Source: Octopus sinensis (Eukaryota). From it: 64,000 nucleotides of DNA. Below, one piece after another: positions 41,582 through 53,248 of the stretch (the stretch's first letter is position 1; each line of letters starts with the position of its first letter). The translations under genes were made by a program, and so were the position numbers. Location of the stretch: positions 47,926,001-47,990,000 of the forward strand of contig NC_042998.1 of the NCBI RefSeq assembly GCF_006345805.1. The letters are read 5' to 3'. The notes beneath the pieces were generated by a model. It made no database searches and had not been told where the DNA came from. It was given only the letters and a program-made list of their open reading frames with translations.

Positions 41582-42065
41582 CATATGTGTACCTATAATG
41601 TGTTTGTGTGTGTGTATAATATATATATATATATATGCAAATACGCATACACATGCGGTCCTATAGGTATATATGTATACATGTACACACACATATGTAC
41701 ATGCACACACATATACATTTAAGTATGAATGTGTGTGTGTGTGTGTTGTGTGTGTGTGGACATGTGTGCGTTTCTGCTATAGCTACTGTTTAGCTCTAGG
41801 TCAGCCCTGATCAAACAAAGCTATGATGAAAGACCTTCCAGCGTGGCCACCCCTTTAATTTATTTATTTATCTATTAATATTTTTATCAGCTTTTGTTTA
41901 TGTATGAATACATTTTCGAACGTATCCTTCCTTTTCTTATTTTAATACAGTATGTTTCAGGCCGTTTAGTTGCTATTTCAAGTAAATAGGGTACTTCTTT
42001 CACTTGTGTGTGTGTGGGGTGTTCTATAAACTCATGTTTGTTTTATATGCGCACCCGTACATACG

Positions 42066-42132
<67 letters not shown>

Positions 42133-42138
42133 ATTATC

Positions 42139-42172
<34 letters not shown>

Positions 42173-42519
42173 ATACATATATAATATATATATATATATA
42201 TATGTTGTGTTTTGCTTGTGTGTGGTTGTAAGCTGTGTGCGTTTTGTATGTGTGTGTTCGCGTATTTTTGTGTAAATATGTGACCGTGTTTCTATGTTTG
42301 TATATATTTATGTATTTATGGTAAAATTCGCTCCAGTCTATATCGTCTACATTGCTCTCTTACTCAGTTTTTATTCGTTTCAGCCTGCAAACAGACAACG
42401 TGGTTGGTCATTGCCTTTGAAACAACAATTTGGATAGTCCGAAAATTTCATTCATTTGATCTAATCGGAGTTATCTTTCTTAATTGTTTCTTTTCATCTA
42501 CAACTGGCCGTGTGGTAAG

Positions 42520-42692
42520 AAGTTTGTTTCTCAACTACATCGTTCCGAGATCAGTCTCATTACGAGGCATTTTCGACAAGTGTCTTCTACTGTAGGTAGC
42601 TCGGGCCGATTAAGTGTTTGCCTGTGGATTTGCTAGACAGAATCTAAATGAAGTTTGCCCACCCCTTCTTTCTCTGTCTCTCTCTTTCCGTA

Positions 42693-42762
<70 letters not shown>

Positions 42763-42972
42763 TGTGTGCATGCGTCCGTATCTATCCCCCAGCGCTGCTT
42801 CAAAACTGACGTTGGTTTGTTTACGTTACTGCAACTTAGCGCTTCTACAAAACAGACTTTTAAAAAGCTTTAAAAAATAAGTACTGGGGGGAGAGTGAAT
42901 TTTTGGATTAATATTTTTCAAGGGGTTGCCCCAGTATGGCCACAGTCCAATGCCTGAAACTAGTAAAAGATA
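42520..42972 (+). mobile_element. SINE family A, diverged, long internal (TG)n
   Basis: Recognisable head, CORE-like segment and tail. Confidence 0.75.
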
Positions 42973-43384
42973 AAATATAACCGTTTGAGTAATGCTTCTC
43001 AAATACAAAACTACCAGCCCCATCTCCCACCCAATATTATTTAAATATTTTGCCCTTCGACCACTTTATAAATTCTTGGAGATTTTGGCATAATGCCAAC
43101 AATTTTAAAAGGATGGGGCAAGTCAATTATATCGACCCCAGTATTTTAATGGTGCTCTAATTCATCGTTTCCGAAATGGTAAAAGTTAAAGATGACATTG
43201 GAGTTATTTGAGCTCAGATGCGGAGAGCCGAAACCACTATCGCAAAGCAACGAACACCTTGTTTGCGAAACCATTATCGCAAAGCAATGGGTTTCAATGC
43301 TCAAACGACCGTTTTAGTCTCAGCAGAAGATTATTTACATTATTTACATTTGACAGATATTTGTCCTCATCTTGTTTGTTATTA

Positions 43385-43429
43385 ACACAACGTGTCGGCT
43401 TATATACCCTCCAGCTTCCATCAGGTGTC
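43385..43429 (-). ncRNA. Mutated type I hammerhead
   Basis: GACAC-CTGATGG-aagctg...gcc-GACAC-GTT-GTGTT; A9 and A14 altered. Confidence 0.5.
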
Positions 43430-43765
43430 TTGGGGAAATTTCGAACCTGGGTTCTCATTCCTAAGCTATTTTTCGATGTTGTTGTTGTTGTTGTTGTTGT
43501 TATTATTATTCAAGTCACTGCCTAGAATCGAACTCGGAATCTTGGGGTTAGTAGCCCGTATTCTTAACCACTACGCCGTACTAGATTTTATAAGCCCTAA
43601 AATTAACTCCATAATTGCCAACGGGCATATGGCGTGGTGCTTAAGAGCGCGGGCTACTAACCCCAAGATTCCGAGTTCGATTCTGAACAATCATTATTAA
43701 TAATAATAATAACAACATCGAAAAGTACCTTAGGAATGAGAACCCAGGTTCAAAATTTCCCCCAA

Positions 43766-43810
43766 GATACCTGATGAAGGCCGGAGGGTATATCAACCGA
43801 CACGTTGTGT
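43766..43810 (+). ncRNA. Mutated type I hammerhead
   Basis: GATAC-CTGATGA-aGGccg...caaCC-GACAC-GTT-GTGTT; A14 changed to C. Confidence 0.55.
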
Positions 43811-43964
43811 TAACAACAAACAAGAAGAGGACAAATATCCGTCAAATGTAAATAATGCACATAGATATCACGTAAAAGTTGTTTTACTGGCTCATGAAAG
43901 TTTTTATATGTTGTTGTCCTAGTTGCTCTGTTCCAGGTCAACTATGATCAATCAGCCCTATAAG

Positions 43965-44375
43965 CCTTTCTACTAAAGGCACAAGGCCTGAAGTTTGGTG
44001 GGAAGAGACTAGTCGATTGCATCGACCCAGTGTATCACTGGTACTTAATTCATCGACCCCGAAAGGTTGAATGGGAAAGTCGACCACGGCGGAATTTGAA
44101 GTCAGACGTAGCGACGGACGAAATACCTATTTCTTTTACTACCCACAAGGGGCTAAACACAGAGGGGACAAACAAGGACAGACAAACGGATTAAGTCGAT
44201 TATATCGACCCCAGTGCGTAACTGGTACTTAATTTATCGACCCCGAAAGGATGAAAGGCAAAGTCGACCTCGGCGGAATTTGAACTCAGAACGTAGCGAC
44301 AGACGAAATTCCGCTAAGCATTTCGCCCGGCGTGCTAACGTCTCTGCCAGCTTTTCCTCCAGCGTGCTAACCATT
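43965..44375 (-). mobile_element. SINE family B heterodimer (tail A unit followed by tail B unit)
   Basis: Junction gaaatac|ctatttc at 44120-44133. Confidence 0.88.
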
Positions 44376-44887
44376 CTGCCAACCCGCAGCCCTATAATGG
44401 AAAGCATTACGACGGCGACACTTCCGTCATTTTATGGTTATGTAGGATTACATTATCTAATGTCTCTCCCCTCATATTAGGCGTTAAGGTGTGATACACA
44501 CACACACACACACACACACACACGTACACACGTGTTAATCAAGAGGGAAGTCAGTGTCCAGGACCACTTACTAGATTTCTGAGAATGGCAGGAAGGAGGG
44601 AGGGAGGTATTCCCAATCTGGAGACCTGAACTAAGTGCTTGCTACTGAGTAAACTCTGCTAAATGTACCCAAGAGGCCAGGTAGTTTTGTTAAACCTGAC
44701 GACCTATTCACACTACCACCGCAGCACACAAGGCATAATTTGAACTCAGAATGCAAAGGAACCGTCATATATTCCGCAAGGCATCCAGTCTCACGTTCTT
44801 ACAGTTGCGCTAATCCGCTTAGATTGGTACAGCCACGAAGGAATGAAAGGCAAAGTTGACTGCGATATACGGATATATGAAATAGGC

Positions 44888-45194
44888 CAGGGGTTCTCAA
44901 CCAATTTTTATCTATAGACTCCTTTGATTGCTATTTTATTCAGGAGGACCTCCATAGCCATTCGATGTTTAAAAACTAGTTTTACAGATACTGCTATCAA
45001 AACTTCCGTTTTGTTTCTCACACATTAACTTGTATAGGTGAACTTGTAAAAGGTTAGGGAAAGGAATATAGCTGTTTCTTGCAGTATATACATCTGAAGC
45101 AAAATTTTTTCGGTGACTTAAAATACTATTGTGGATCCCCCAAAAATTTATATGGAACCTTAGAAACCATATGGACCCCGGTTGAGAACCGTTG
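44888..45194. mobile_element. hAT-type MITE
   Basis: TIR caggggttctcaacc / ggttgagaaccgttg; 8-bp TSD aaataggc / atataggc (7 of 8); interior shared with 53249-53794. Confidence 0.85.
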
Positions 45195-45370
45195 ATATAG
45201 GCGATCTGTTACGGACATACGTAAGTGCTCAAAGACAATGAATGATTCCTCAGTCGATCAAGATGTCCATTCGCTCTATGAATACGGATCAGAATATCCG
45301 TACTCTCACAACACGGAGAAGAAGAAGCAAATTATATCAAGAAACTAATACTCTTTCCGAACGCAAATCA

Positions 45371-45381
45371 ATGGCAGCCAC
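45371..45381 (+). CDS. Candidate first coding exon (MAA-T) of the Cys-rich secreted protein; frame open back to ATG 45242
   Basis: ATG GCA GCC AC|GTGAGT; the phase-2 donor fits the acceptor at 49460. Confidence 0.4.
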
Positions 45382-45750
45382 GTGAGTATCTTGTATATGT
45401 GATGGGGTATATTTGTGCGTGCGTGGGAGTTTTACACATCTGCTTCTTTTACACGTCTGTACTCACACACACACACAACCATACATTCATATACATATTT
45501 GCATATACGTGTGTATGTTTGTATGTGTGTGTATTTATATGTTTGGGCATGTGCGTATATGAAGGAGTGCTGGTATCAGGAAGGGATATGAAATTCTCCA
45601 TGCACCTGTGTGAGCAAGTGAGTACACGCAGGCTTGCGTGCTAGTGTGCGTGTAAGAGTGTGCGTGTGTTCGTGCGTGTGCGTGTGTGTTCGTGTGTGTG
45701 CATGTGTGTATGTTTGCATCTGATGGAGTGTGTAAGGACCCCACACACAG

Positions 45751-45790
<40 letters not shown>

Positions 45791-45839
45791 CACTATATAT
45801 ATATATATCTATATATATATATATATATAGATATCGTCC

Positions 45840-45992
45840 GCAGGAGTGGCTGTGTGGTAAGTAACTTGCTTTCCAGCCACATGGTTCTGGGTTCAGTCCA
45901 ACCGCGTGGGACCTTTGCCAAGTGTTCTCTATTATAGCCTCGTAGCGACCTAAGCCTTGTGAGTGGATTTGGTTGACGGAAACTGAATGAAG

Positions 45993-46072
<80 letters not shown>

Positions 46073-46275
46073 TATGTGTGTGCTTGTGCGTCTGTTTTTG
46101 TCGCCACCACCACCGATGTTAGTGTGTTTACGCCCCCGTAACTTAGCGGTTCGGCAATATTCCCCGATAGAATAAGTACTAGGCTTACAAAGAATAAGTC
46201 TTGGGGTCGATTTTCTCGACTAAAGGTGATGCTCCAGCATGGCCACAGTCAAATGACTGAAACAAAACAATAAAA
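45840..46275 (+). mobile_element. SINE family A, full length
   Basis: Head, microsatellite and tail present. Confidence 0.9.
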
Positions 46276-46479
46276 GAATACATACATACATACACACATA
46301 CATACACAGATATCCACACGTATACGCACCAGCAGAGTTGTGTGGTTTAAGTTCATTTCGCAGCAACTCTCATGACCAAGTCTCAAGTCCATGCTCACAG
46401 GAGTTTTTATGATAGCCTCTGTATGATCAATGCTTTGAGTGTGGTTTTAGTCCACAGAAAGTGTAGGGAAGCCCATCAT

Positions 46480-46515
<36 letters not shown>

Positions 46516-46699
46516 GCACACACACACGCACACACACAAACTCGCACACACATATACACATACATTCTCTCTCACACACACATGCACACGCACATACACA
46601 CACTCACCCACAAATACGCATACATGTATATGCATGTATACATATGTGTGTGTGTGTGTGTGTGTGTGTGCGTATGTGTGTAGTGAGCATGTAGGTACG

Positions 46700-47092
46700 T
46701 AATATTTCTTTACTGCCCACAAGGGGCTACACATAGAGGTGACAAACAAGGACAGACAAACGGATTAAGTCGATTATATCGACCCCAGTGCGTAACTGGT
46801 ACTTAATTTATCGACTCCGAAAGGATGAAAGGCAAAGTCGACCTCGGCGGCACACGAAATACCTATTTCTTTACTACCCACAAGGAGCTAAACACAGAGA
46901 GGACAAACAAGGACAGACAAAGGTAAGTCAATTACATCGACTTCAGTGCGTACCTGATACCTAATTTATCGACCCCGAAAGGATGAAAGGCAAAGTCGAC
47001 CTCGACGGAATTTGAACTCAGAACATAGCGGCAGACGAATTACCGCTAATCCTTTCGCCCGGCGTGCTAACGTTTCTGCTAGCTCGCCGCCT
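46700..47092 (-). mobile_element. SINE family B head-to-tail dimer
   Basis: Junction gaaatac|ctatttc at 46856-46869. Confidence 0.88.
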
Positions 47093-47890
47093 TAAATGTG
47101 GGTACGCATGTAGGTACGTATGTATGTATGAATGTATGGATGTAAGTATGGATGGATGGATGGATGGAAGTGTGTGTTGTGTATGTGCATTGTACATCTG
47201 TGTGTGTGTGTCAGCGTGTGTGTTATATGTGTGTTGTGTCTATATGTGTGTGTGTGTGTGTTCACGTGTGTCGGCGTATATAAATATATGCAAGGTATTC
47301 GAGATATGTTCGACGATTTTCTTTGACTTTTTTTTTCAGGAACAGCTTCATGTATTGGGGAATAGTTAACGCAGTTGGAGAGCATAAAGATTTAACTTCT
47401 TGTTGAGAAAACGTTAACTGAGATGGAAGACTGAAAGCCGCCTTGAATATTGGAAAAGAGTTACCTGTACCCTAGTGATTCCCACCGATTATCAAAATAC
47501 CGACTATTATGAGATTTGCTCAAAGCAACAGGTGGCTTGCGTACAATCCACGAGATGTCCCATGTATGTATGTATGTATGTATGTATGTATGTATGTATG
47601 TATGTACATATATGCGCGGGCATAGCTGTGTGGTAAGAAGTTTGCTTCCTAATGACATGGTTCCGGGTTCAGTCCTACTGCATGACACCTCAGGTAAGTG
47701 TCTTCTTCTGTAGCCTCTGGCCGACCAACGCTTTGTGAGTAGATTTGGTTTAACGGAAACTGAAAAAGCCCGGCGCTTATGTGTTCAATTGACATTTGTA
47801 TATAAAGTAATTAGTTAATTAATTGATTAACATGTAAATAAAAATATAAGATCATTGGTTGTACTATAATTATATAAACAGGTATATATA

Positions 47891-47921
<31 letters not shown>

Positions 47922-47928
47922 GTATATA

Positions 47929-47970
<42 letters not shown>

Positions 47971-48109
47971 ATATATATATAAGAAAATAGTAAAGAGTGA
48001 AAAAACGACAGAAGGCTTAAATGTTAAAAAATATATATATTTGCGTCAAAATGTCTGGAAATATGGAAAAATTTTTTTTCCCTCCTTAAAATGACAATTT
48101 ATAATTTTT

Positions 48110-48147
48110 AAGAAATACCGGTTTCGCAGTTAGCTCTTCAATTTCTT
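48110..48147 (-). ncRNA. Minimal type I hammerhead, U3 variant
   Basis: AAGAAA-TTGAAGA-GC taact GC-GAAA-CCGG-TA-TTTCTT; palindromic ACCGGT stem III, GUA site. Confidence 0.6.
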
Positions 48148-48169
48148 TGTGACTTAATGTTTAAGTCAC

Positions 48170-48208
48170 AAGAAATTTGAAGAGCTAACTGCGAAACAGG
48201 TATTTCTT
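48170..48208 (+). ncRNA. Second, mutated copy of the minimal hammerhead in the other arm
   Basis: aagaaat-TTGAAGA-GC taact GC-GAAA-CAGG-TA-tttctt. Confidence 0.5.
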
Positions 48209-48404
48209 TAAAAATTATAAAATTATGTCATTTTAAGGAGGGGAAAAAAATTTTCCAATATTCTCCAGACATTTTGACGCAAATATATATTTTTTAACAT
48301 TTAAGCCTTCTGTCGTGTTTTCACTCTTTACTATTTTCTTATATATTCACCCACGTGCTTTACCAAACAAACTTTCTTATATTATATATAATATATATAT
48401 ATTA

Positions 48405-48660
48405 TAAGGTATGTAGAAAAATACAACATGGCAGAACGTATAACTCTTAGAAGACGATACAATAAACACGGACAGGAATTCGAAACCCTCAGTCTTCAGT
48501 CAAGAACCGGATCATCGTAGTAATTTCGGCTGATTAATCTTGAGATTACTAGATCACGGCCCGCCCTCCAAGAAAAACTAAGCAACGAGCATTAGAAAAC
48601 TAAGCTGGGAGCGTAGATTTCCTGGAAGAAGGATCGAATGCATACGGACAACCAGGACAG
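48405..48660 (-). mobile_element. TA-flanked repeat family D (other copies at 57745-57905 and 59380-59730)
   Basis: Shared ccgaaatYRctaNgatgatcYggttcYYgactgaNga...ggNttcga block. Confidence 0.7.
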
Positions 48661-49215
48661 CAAAGGGACGATATAAAAAAACAAAAAAATAATGGAATAG
48701 AACATGAAATACAGAAGCATTAACGGTGAAAACAACAAGTGTCTTACGACTGATAACAAGCAAACAATTTTTTTCTCTCTTTTTTTTCTCTGGCGCAAGG
48801 AAAGGAGCCTTATCGGCGATGCCTATAGCGGCGGACGAAAAACAACGATGTTAACACGACGCTGGTCAGAAGCTGAAAGGCAGATTTCGGCCAGCAGTCA
48901 CGTGACAGAGAAAGGAAAAGAAAGAAAGAGAAGCAACGGAAGAGAGAGAGAGAGAGGAGGGACAAACGCAACAAAGAGAGAGAATAGAGAGAAAGAAGGA
49001 ATCAGAGAGGAGAAGGGATGGGTGTCGAAGATTGACCCTGTGAGTGCAGAGCGAGACAAAGAAATAGGAGGTAGTGGAAGATTAGACCAAAGATCAGAGG
49101 AAAAGAGAGAAAAAGAGGATGAGTATAGAGAGAAGGGGACAGATCAAGTAAAAGTGAGAGAGAGAGAGAGACAAACAAGATATATATATATATATATATA
49201 ATATATATATTATAT

Positions 49216-49377
49216 GCGCAGGAGTGGATGTGTGGTAAGTAGCTTGCTTACCAACCACATGTTTCCGGGTTCAGTCCCACTGCGTGGCACCTTGGACAAG
49301 TATCCTCTACTATAGCCTTGGACCGACCAAAGCCTTGTGAGTGGATTTGGTAGACGACGAACTGAAAGAAGCCCGTC

Positions 49378-49380
<3 letters not shown>
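49216..49380 (+). mobile_element. SINE family A, 5' half ending in its microsatellite
   Basis: Ends ~80 bp before the acceptor at 49460. Confidence 0.88.
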
Positions 49381-49423
<43 letters not shown>

Positions 49424-49460
49424 GTGTGTGTGTGTGTGGTTCCTTGTACTGCTTTTACAG

Positions 49461-49861
49461 TCTTCAACTCTTGCTGCTGAAGTTGCACTTTGGTAACCCT
49501 GCGATTTTTGTTGTAGCCCTTTTTGCTTTGCTTTACTTCCGTGAGGCTGAAACTGGCAGACGCACAGCTAACAATTGCTATCATTGCGTAAGGTGTTCTC
49601 AGTGGAATCCTGCACACATATTCATACTGTTGCCACTCACCCTTCTTGATGCAATCTGATCCACTGAACTACTCTGCATGTAGCCGAGGGTATAGATGCA
49701 TGTACGAACTCGTGAGTATGAAATTAGCCCTGGTTACGTTCCTCCTTCCACTCACCGGAACGAAATCCTGTATGTTGCATCTGTTTCTTGTTGTCCAGAT
49801 ATTCCATTCTGGTGTGATGGATTCTTGTACTCTTTGCTGTAGACGCATACTGTGCTCTTAA
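49461..49861 (+). CDS. Candidate exon: signal peptide plus Cys-rich Ly6/uPAR (three-finger)-like domain, +1 frameshift at 49591
   Basis: Acceptor ccttgtactgcttttacag; LQLLLLKLHFGNPAIFVVALFALLYFREAET-GRRTANNCYHCV, then shifted GVLSGILHTYSYCCHSPF...CSRGYRC...TKSC...CTLCCRRILCS*. Confidence 0.5.
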
Positions 49862-50253
49862 AATTATGTGTGTCTGTGTGTGTGTGTGTGTGTGTGGTGT
49901 TTTTTATACATATATATTACTCGACCAGTGCTTTCGGGTGATTACGGTCCCTCTCTGTACATATGTATACAATTATGTGCTTTAACTTAAGCATTAGAGC
50001 TTTTTAGCTCCTATTTCTAGCAATGTAGGTATTTCTAACACCCTAGTCATATTTAGTGACAATTATAGTTTTCGTTTGGTAAAACATTATACACAGTGTC
50101 TATATTACATTATTGCATACACATACGCGCGTGAGCACTCAATTATAAATTCTTTATCAGAACGTCACTAACCTTTGTGGAAGAAGTTTCTTTCTAGTGT
50201 GTGCAAGCGCTTTCGGTCATCTTTTCAAATATATATATGTATATGTATATATA

Positions 50254-50668
50254 GGCGCAGGAGTGGCTGTGTGGTAAATAGCTTGCTTACTAACCACATG
50301 GTTCCGGGTTCAGTCCTATTATTGAGTGGCACCTTGTGCAAGTGTTTTCTACTATAGCCTCGGGACGACCAAAGCCTTGTGAGTAGATTTGGTAGACGGA
50401 AACTGAAAGAAGCCCGTCGTATATATGTATATGTATATATATATATGTGTGTTTGTGTGTCTGTGTTTCTCCCCCCCCCCTCCAACATCGCTTGACAACC
50501 GATGCTGGTGTGTTTACGTCCCCGTAACTTAGTGGTTCGGCAAAAGAGACTGATAGAATAAGTACTAGGCTCACAAAGAATAAGTCCTGGGGTCGATTTG
50601 CTCGACTAAAGGCGGTGCTCCAACATGGCCGCAGTCAAATGACTGAAACAAGTAAAAGAGTAAAAGAG
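50254..50668 (+). mobile_element. SINE family A, full length
   Basis: Near consensus. Confidence 0.92.
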
Positions 50669-50739
50669 TATGTGTATATATAAGGCAAGGTATAGATAAT
50701 GGTCATTATGTATTCCTTTACTGTAGTAAATTTAATTTA

Positions 50740-50867
50740 CGACAGAGTGGGGCACCAACACGAAATCGAAGCGTCCATCCCGCTTTTGACTCGATGTAGA
50801 ATGAGGAAGTTTGGATGTTGAGCTAGAGAGGGAAGGGGTTGGGGGGTTGACTCTTACCACTCTGTCG
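50740..50867. mobile_element. 128-bp MITE-like element, 11-bp TIR, TA flanks
   Basis: TA-cgacagagtgg ... ccactctgtcg-TA. Confidence 0.5.
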
Positions 50868-51287
50868 TATGCGACTATGAGGATTTGCATCCCCAACGTA
50901 AAGCTTATTATGTAATATATGTCCTTGAAGTAGTAATTGTACGCGGCTGAAGAAGGTCATTGACACACATTTACATCAATTATGCATTGTTATAAAACCG
51001 TCTAATAAAGGCCCGAAACATATGTACCGCTAAATCCTTTGAATCATGTTTTTATTTTGATTAATATACTCTATCACCTACACCACTAAATGGTATATAC
51101 AGGTGCTTACAACTATCAAGTATTCACCCTGAATTTTTATATGTATCGTATATGTATATACATATATATATATTTATCGTATATAATATATATATATCAT
51201 ATATGTATACATATAACTTAGATAACTTAGATATGTTTCGACCAAAGATTGGTCTAGGCCATGTCTAACTTAATGGCACCACCTGAT

Positions 51288-51292
51288 AAAAA
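51288..51292 (-). terminator. Pol III T5 terminator of the tRNA
   Basis: TTTTT on the minus strand, 11 nt after the discriminator base. Confidence 0.75.
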
Positions 51293-51303
51293 TATATTAT
51301 CTG

Positions 51304-51376
51304 CGACCACAACGAGACTCGAACTCGCAATCTTCTGATTCGAAGTCAGACGCCTTATCCATTAGGCCATGCGACC
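51304..51376 (-). tRNA. tRNA-Arg(TCG): tRNA-Arg, anticodon TCG
   Basis: GGTCGCATGGCCTAATGGATAAGGCGTCTGACTTCGAATCAGAAGATTGCGAGTTCGAGTCTCGTTGTGGTCG; 73 nt, full cloverleaf, intact A/B boxes. Confidence 0.92.
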
Positions 51377-51457
51377 ATCATATGCATACATATAAATATC
51401 TATCATATATATATATATATACATACATATATACATATATATATATATCATATATAT

Positions 51458-51493
<36 letters not shown>

Positions 51494-51546
51494 CTTATGC
51501 ATGTATTTATGTATGTATCTCTCTCTCTTTCTATCTCTCACACATA

Positions 51547-51601
<55 letters not shown>

Positions 51602-51950
51602 GTGTGTGTGTGTGTGTGTGTATCTATGTATGTATATAAGGATATATACTTGGAAGAATGAGACAGAAAAAGATATGATAAGAAATGGCTGATAAAAATG
51701 GGCGGTAGTGAAGGACTGAGAGACGACAGAAATTATAAAGAACTAAAAACAGAGAAAAAAAAAACTGTATGAGTCATAGAACAGAAGGAAGGATCATACG
51801 TGTGTGTGTATGTGTGTGAGTGTGTGCATTTTAATGTATGTGTGGTATGCGTTTTGTTGAGAGAGAGAGACAGACTGACAAACAAGATAGAATGGCGGAA
51901 TGAATGAGCTAGAAAGTTTCTGAAGTTGAGGATGATGAGTTTGCGTGTGT

Positions 51951-51998
<48 letters not shown>

Positions 51999-52143
51999 TA
52001 TATACATATATATGTATATATATATATGTATATACTTATATATTCTTAGTATTCTTATATATACTATATATGTACATTAATATATATACATTAATATATA
52101 TATACATATATATACATATATATATATACATACACATACATAC

Positions 52144-52174
<31 letters not shown>

Positions 52175-52179
52175 ATATG

Positions 52180-52224
<45 letters not shown>

Positions 52225-53248
52225 ATATGTATATATATATAAGTATAATGTATCAGTCTTGTGTAGGTGTATGGGCGTGTGCACGTGTGTGTGTAATGTA
52301 TGTGTATATACGTGCACGCGTTATGTATATGTGTGTTTGTGTATGTTGTGCGTATGTATGTATGTGGCTGGATGTGTATTTTGTATGCATGGCTGTGTTC
52401 TACACTTATTAGTGTATAATGCATGACCTGAAAGCACACAGGAATAGCAACTTGATGAGAATTGTAGCTTAAGTATGCGTGGGTGGCGACTAGTAATGAG
52501 AGATTCTTGTGATACGGAATGTGCGTATGTGTGCGTGTATGAGTGTGAGTGCATGTATGTTGTTTTTGTGTACCTATATCCATGTGTGTAAGTGGCTGAG
52601 TATGACTAGAGAATATATAGAACAGTGCAAAAAGGCTTCCCTGGGTATATTTACCGCGTCATCCTTTCAAAATTATAACGCGGCTCTGTGTTCATTCACT
52701 AAATTACTAAATGCTTCTGTAGTTATCTAAGATCAGCAGTAACAAGGGATTATAAAAAAAGGTGGGGAAGGTTCAATCGGTACATCGCCCCATGGCCCGG
52801 AGTGCCGAGAAGCAACATCATCTTAACGCATAGGCACACTAGGTGGTTACCCGGCGGATGCAAGTACCGAGTAACCCCAAAGCTAATCTTAGTATTTATT
52901 GTGGTTGTGTATCTAGGGGCTCTGTGGTTGTGTATCTAGGGGTTCTAGTGCTGCACTCTTTAATGTGGTGAAGACGGCTTTGCGGAAGAGGGGTTCGCAC
53001 GGGTCTAAAATCCCTGTAACTCATCTATGTATGCTATCGTTGTGTTTTGCTTTCCCCAGCGGTCTATATTGCTATGAAGACAGCTCTGCCAAGGAGGTAT
53101 CCATGGATATTCGACGGCCTCCTCTTTTAAAAGAAAAGAAAGAAAAAAAACACAAATCCCTGAAATTTTTAGAGCTTCTCCTCCAGATATCCCCAAAACA
53201 ATCATCATCTGCCTTGTAAAATTTCTATCGCTGACATAACGTTTAGAC

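Larger units (their letters stand above)
43330..43856. mobile_element. Penelope-like remnant: inverted pair of tRNA-head/HHR terminal repeats
   Basis: Minus copy 43330-43580, plus copy 43582-43856; the plus copy begins with sequence matching the ORF end at 61788-61826. Confidence 0.85.
47976..48345. mobile_element. ~370-bp palindrome: inverted pair of HHR-bearing repeats in (TA)n
   Basis: Arms 47976-48157 and 48161-48345, loop tgt, few mismatches; related single copy at 57945-58148. Confidence 0.9.

Noticed and set aside
43516-43684. tRNA-like heads as functional tRNA genes (also all SINE heads)
   Set aside because: Acceptor and anticodon stems do not pair fully and they run into repeat bodies.
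51210-51280. Minus-strand GACCAA/TTGGTC-GAAACATATC hammerhead-like 3' half
   Set aside because: No CUGANGA upstream; at most a deleted remnant.
53060-53096. Plus-strand micro-exon GLYCYEDSSAKE, and similar ones at 56447, 58335, 58546 and 61009
   Set aside because: Only splice-like motifs support them; no consistent phase chain or recognisable protein.
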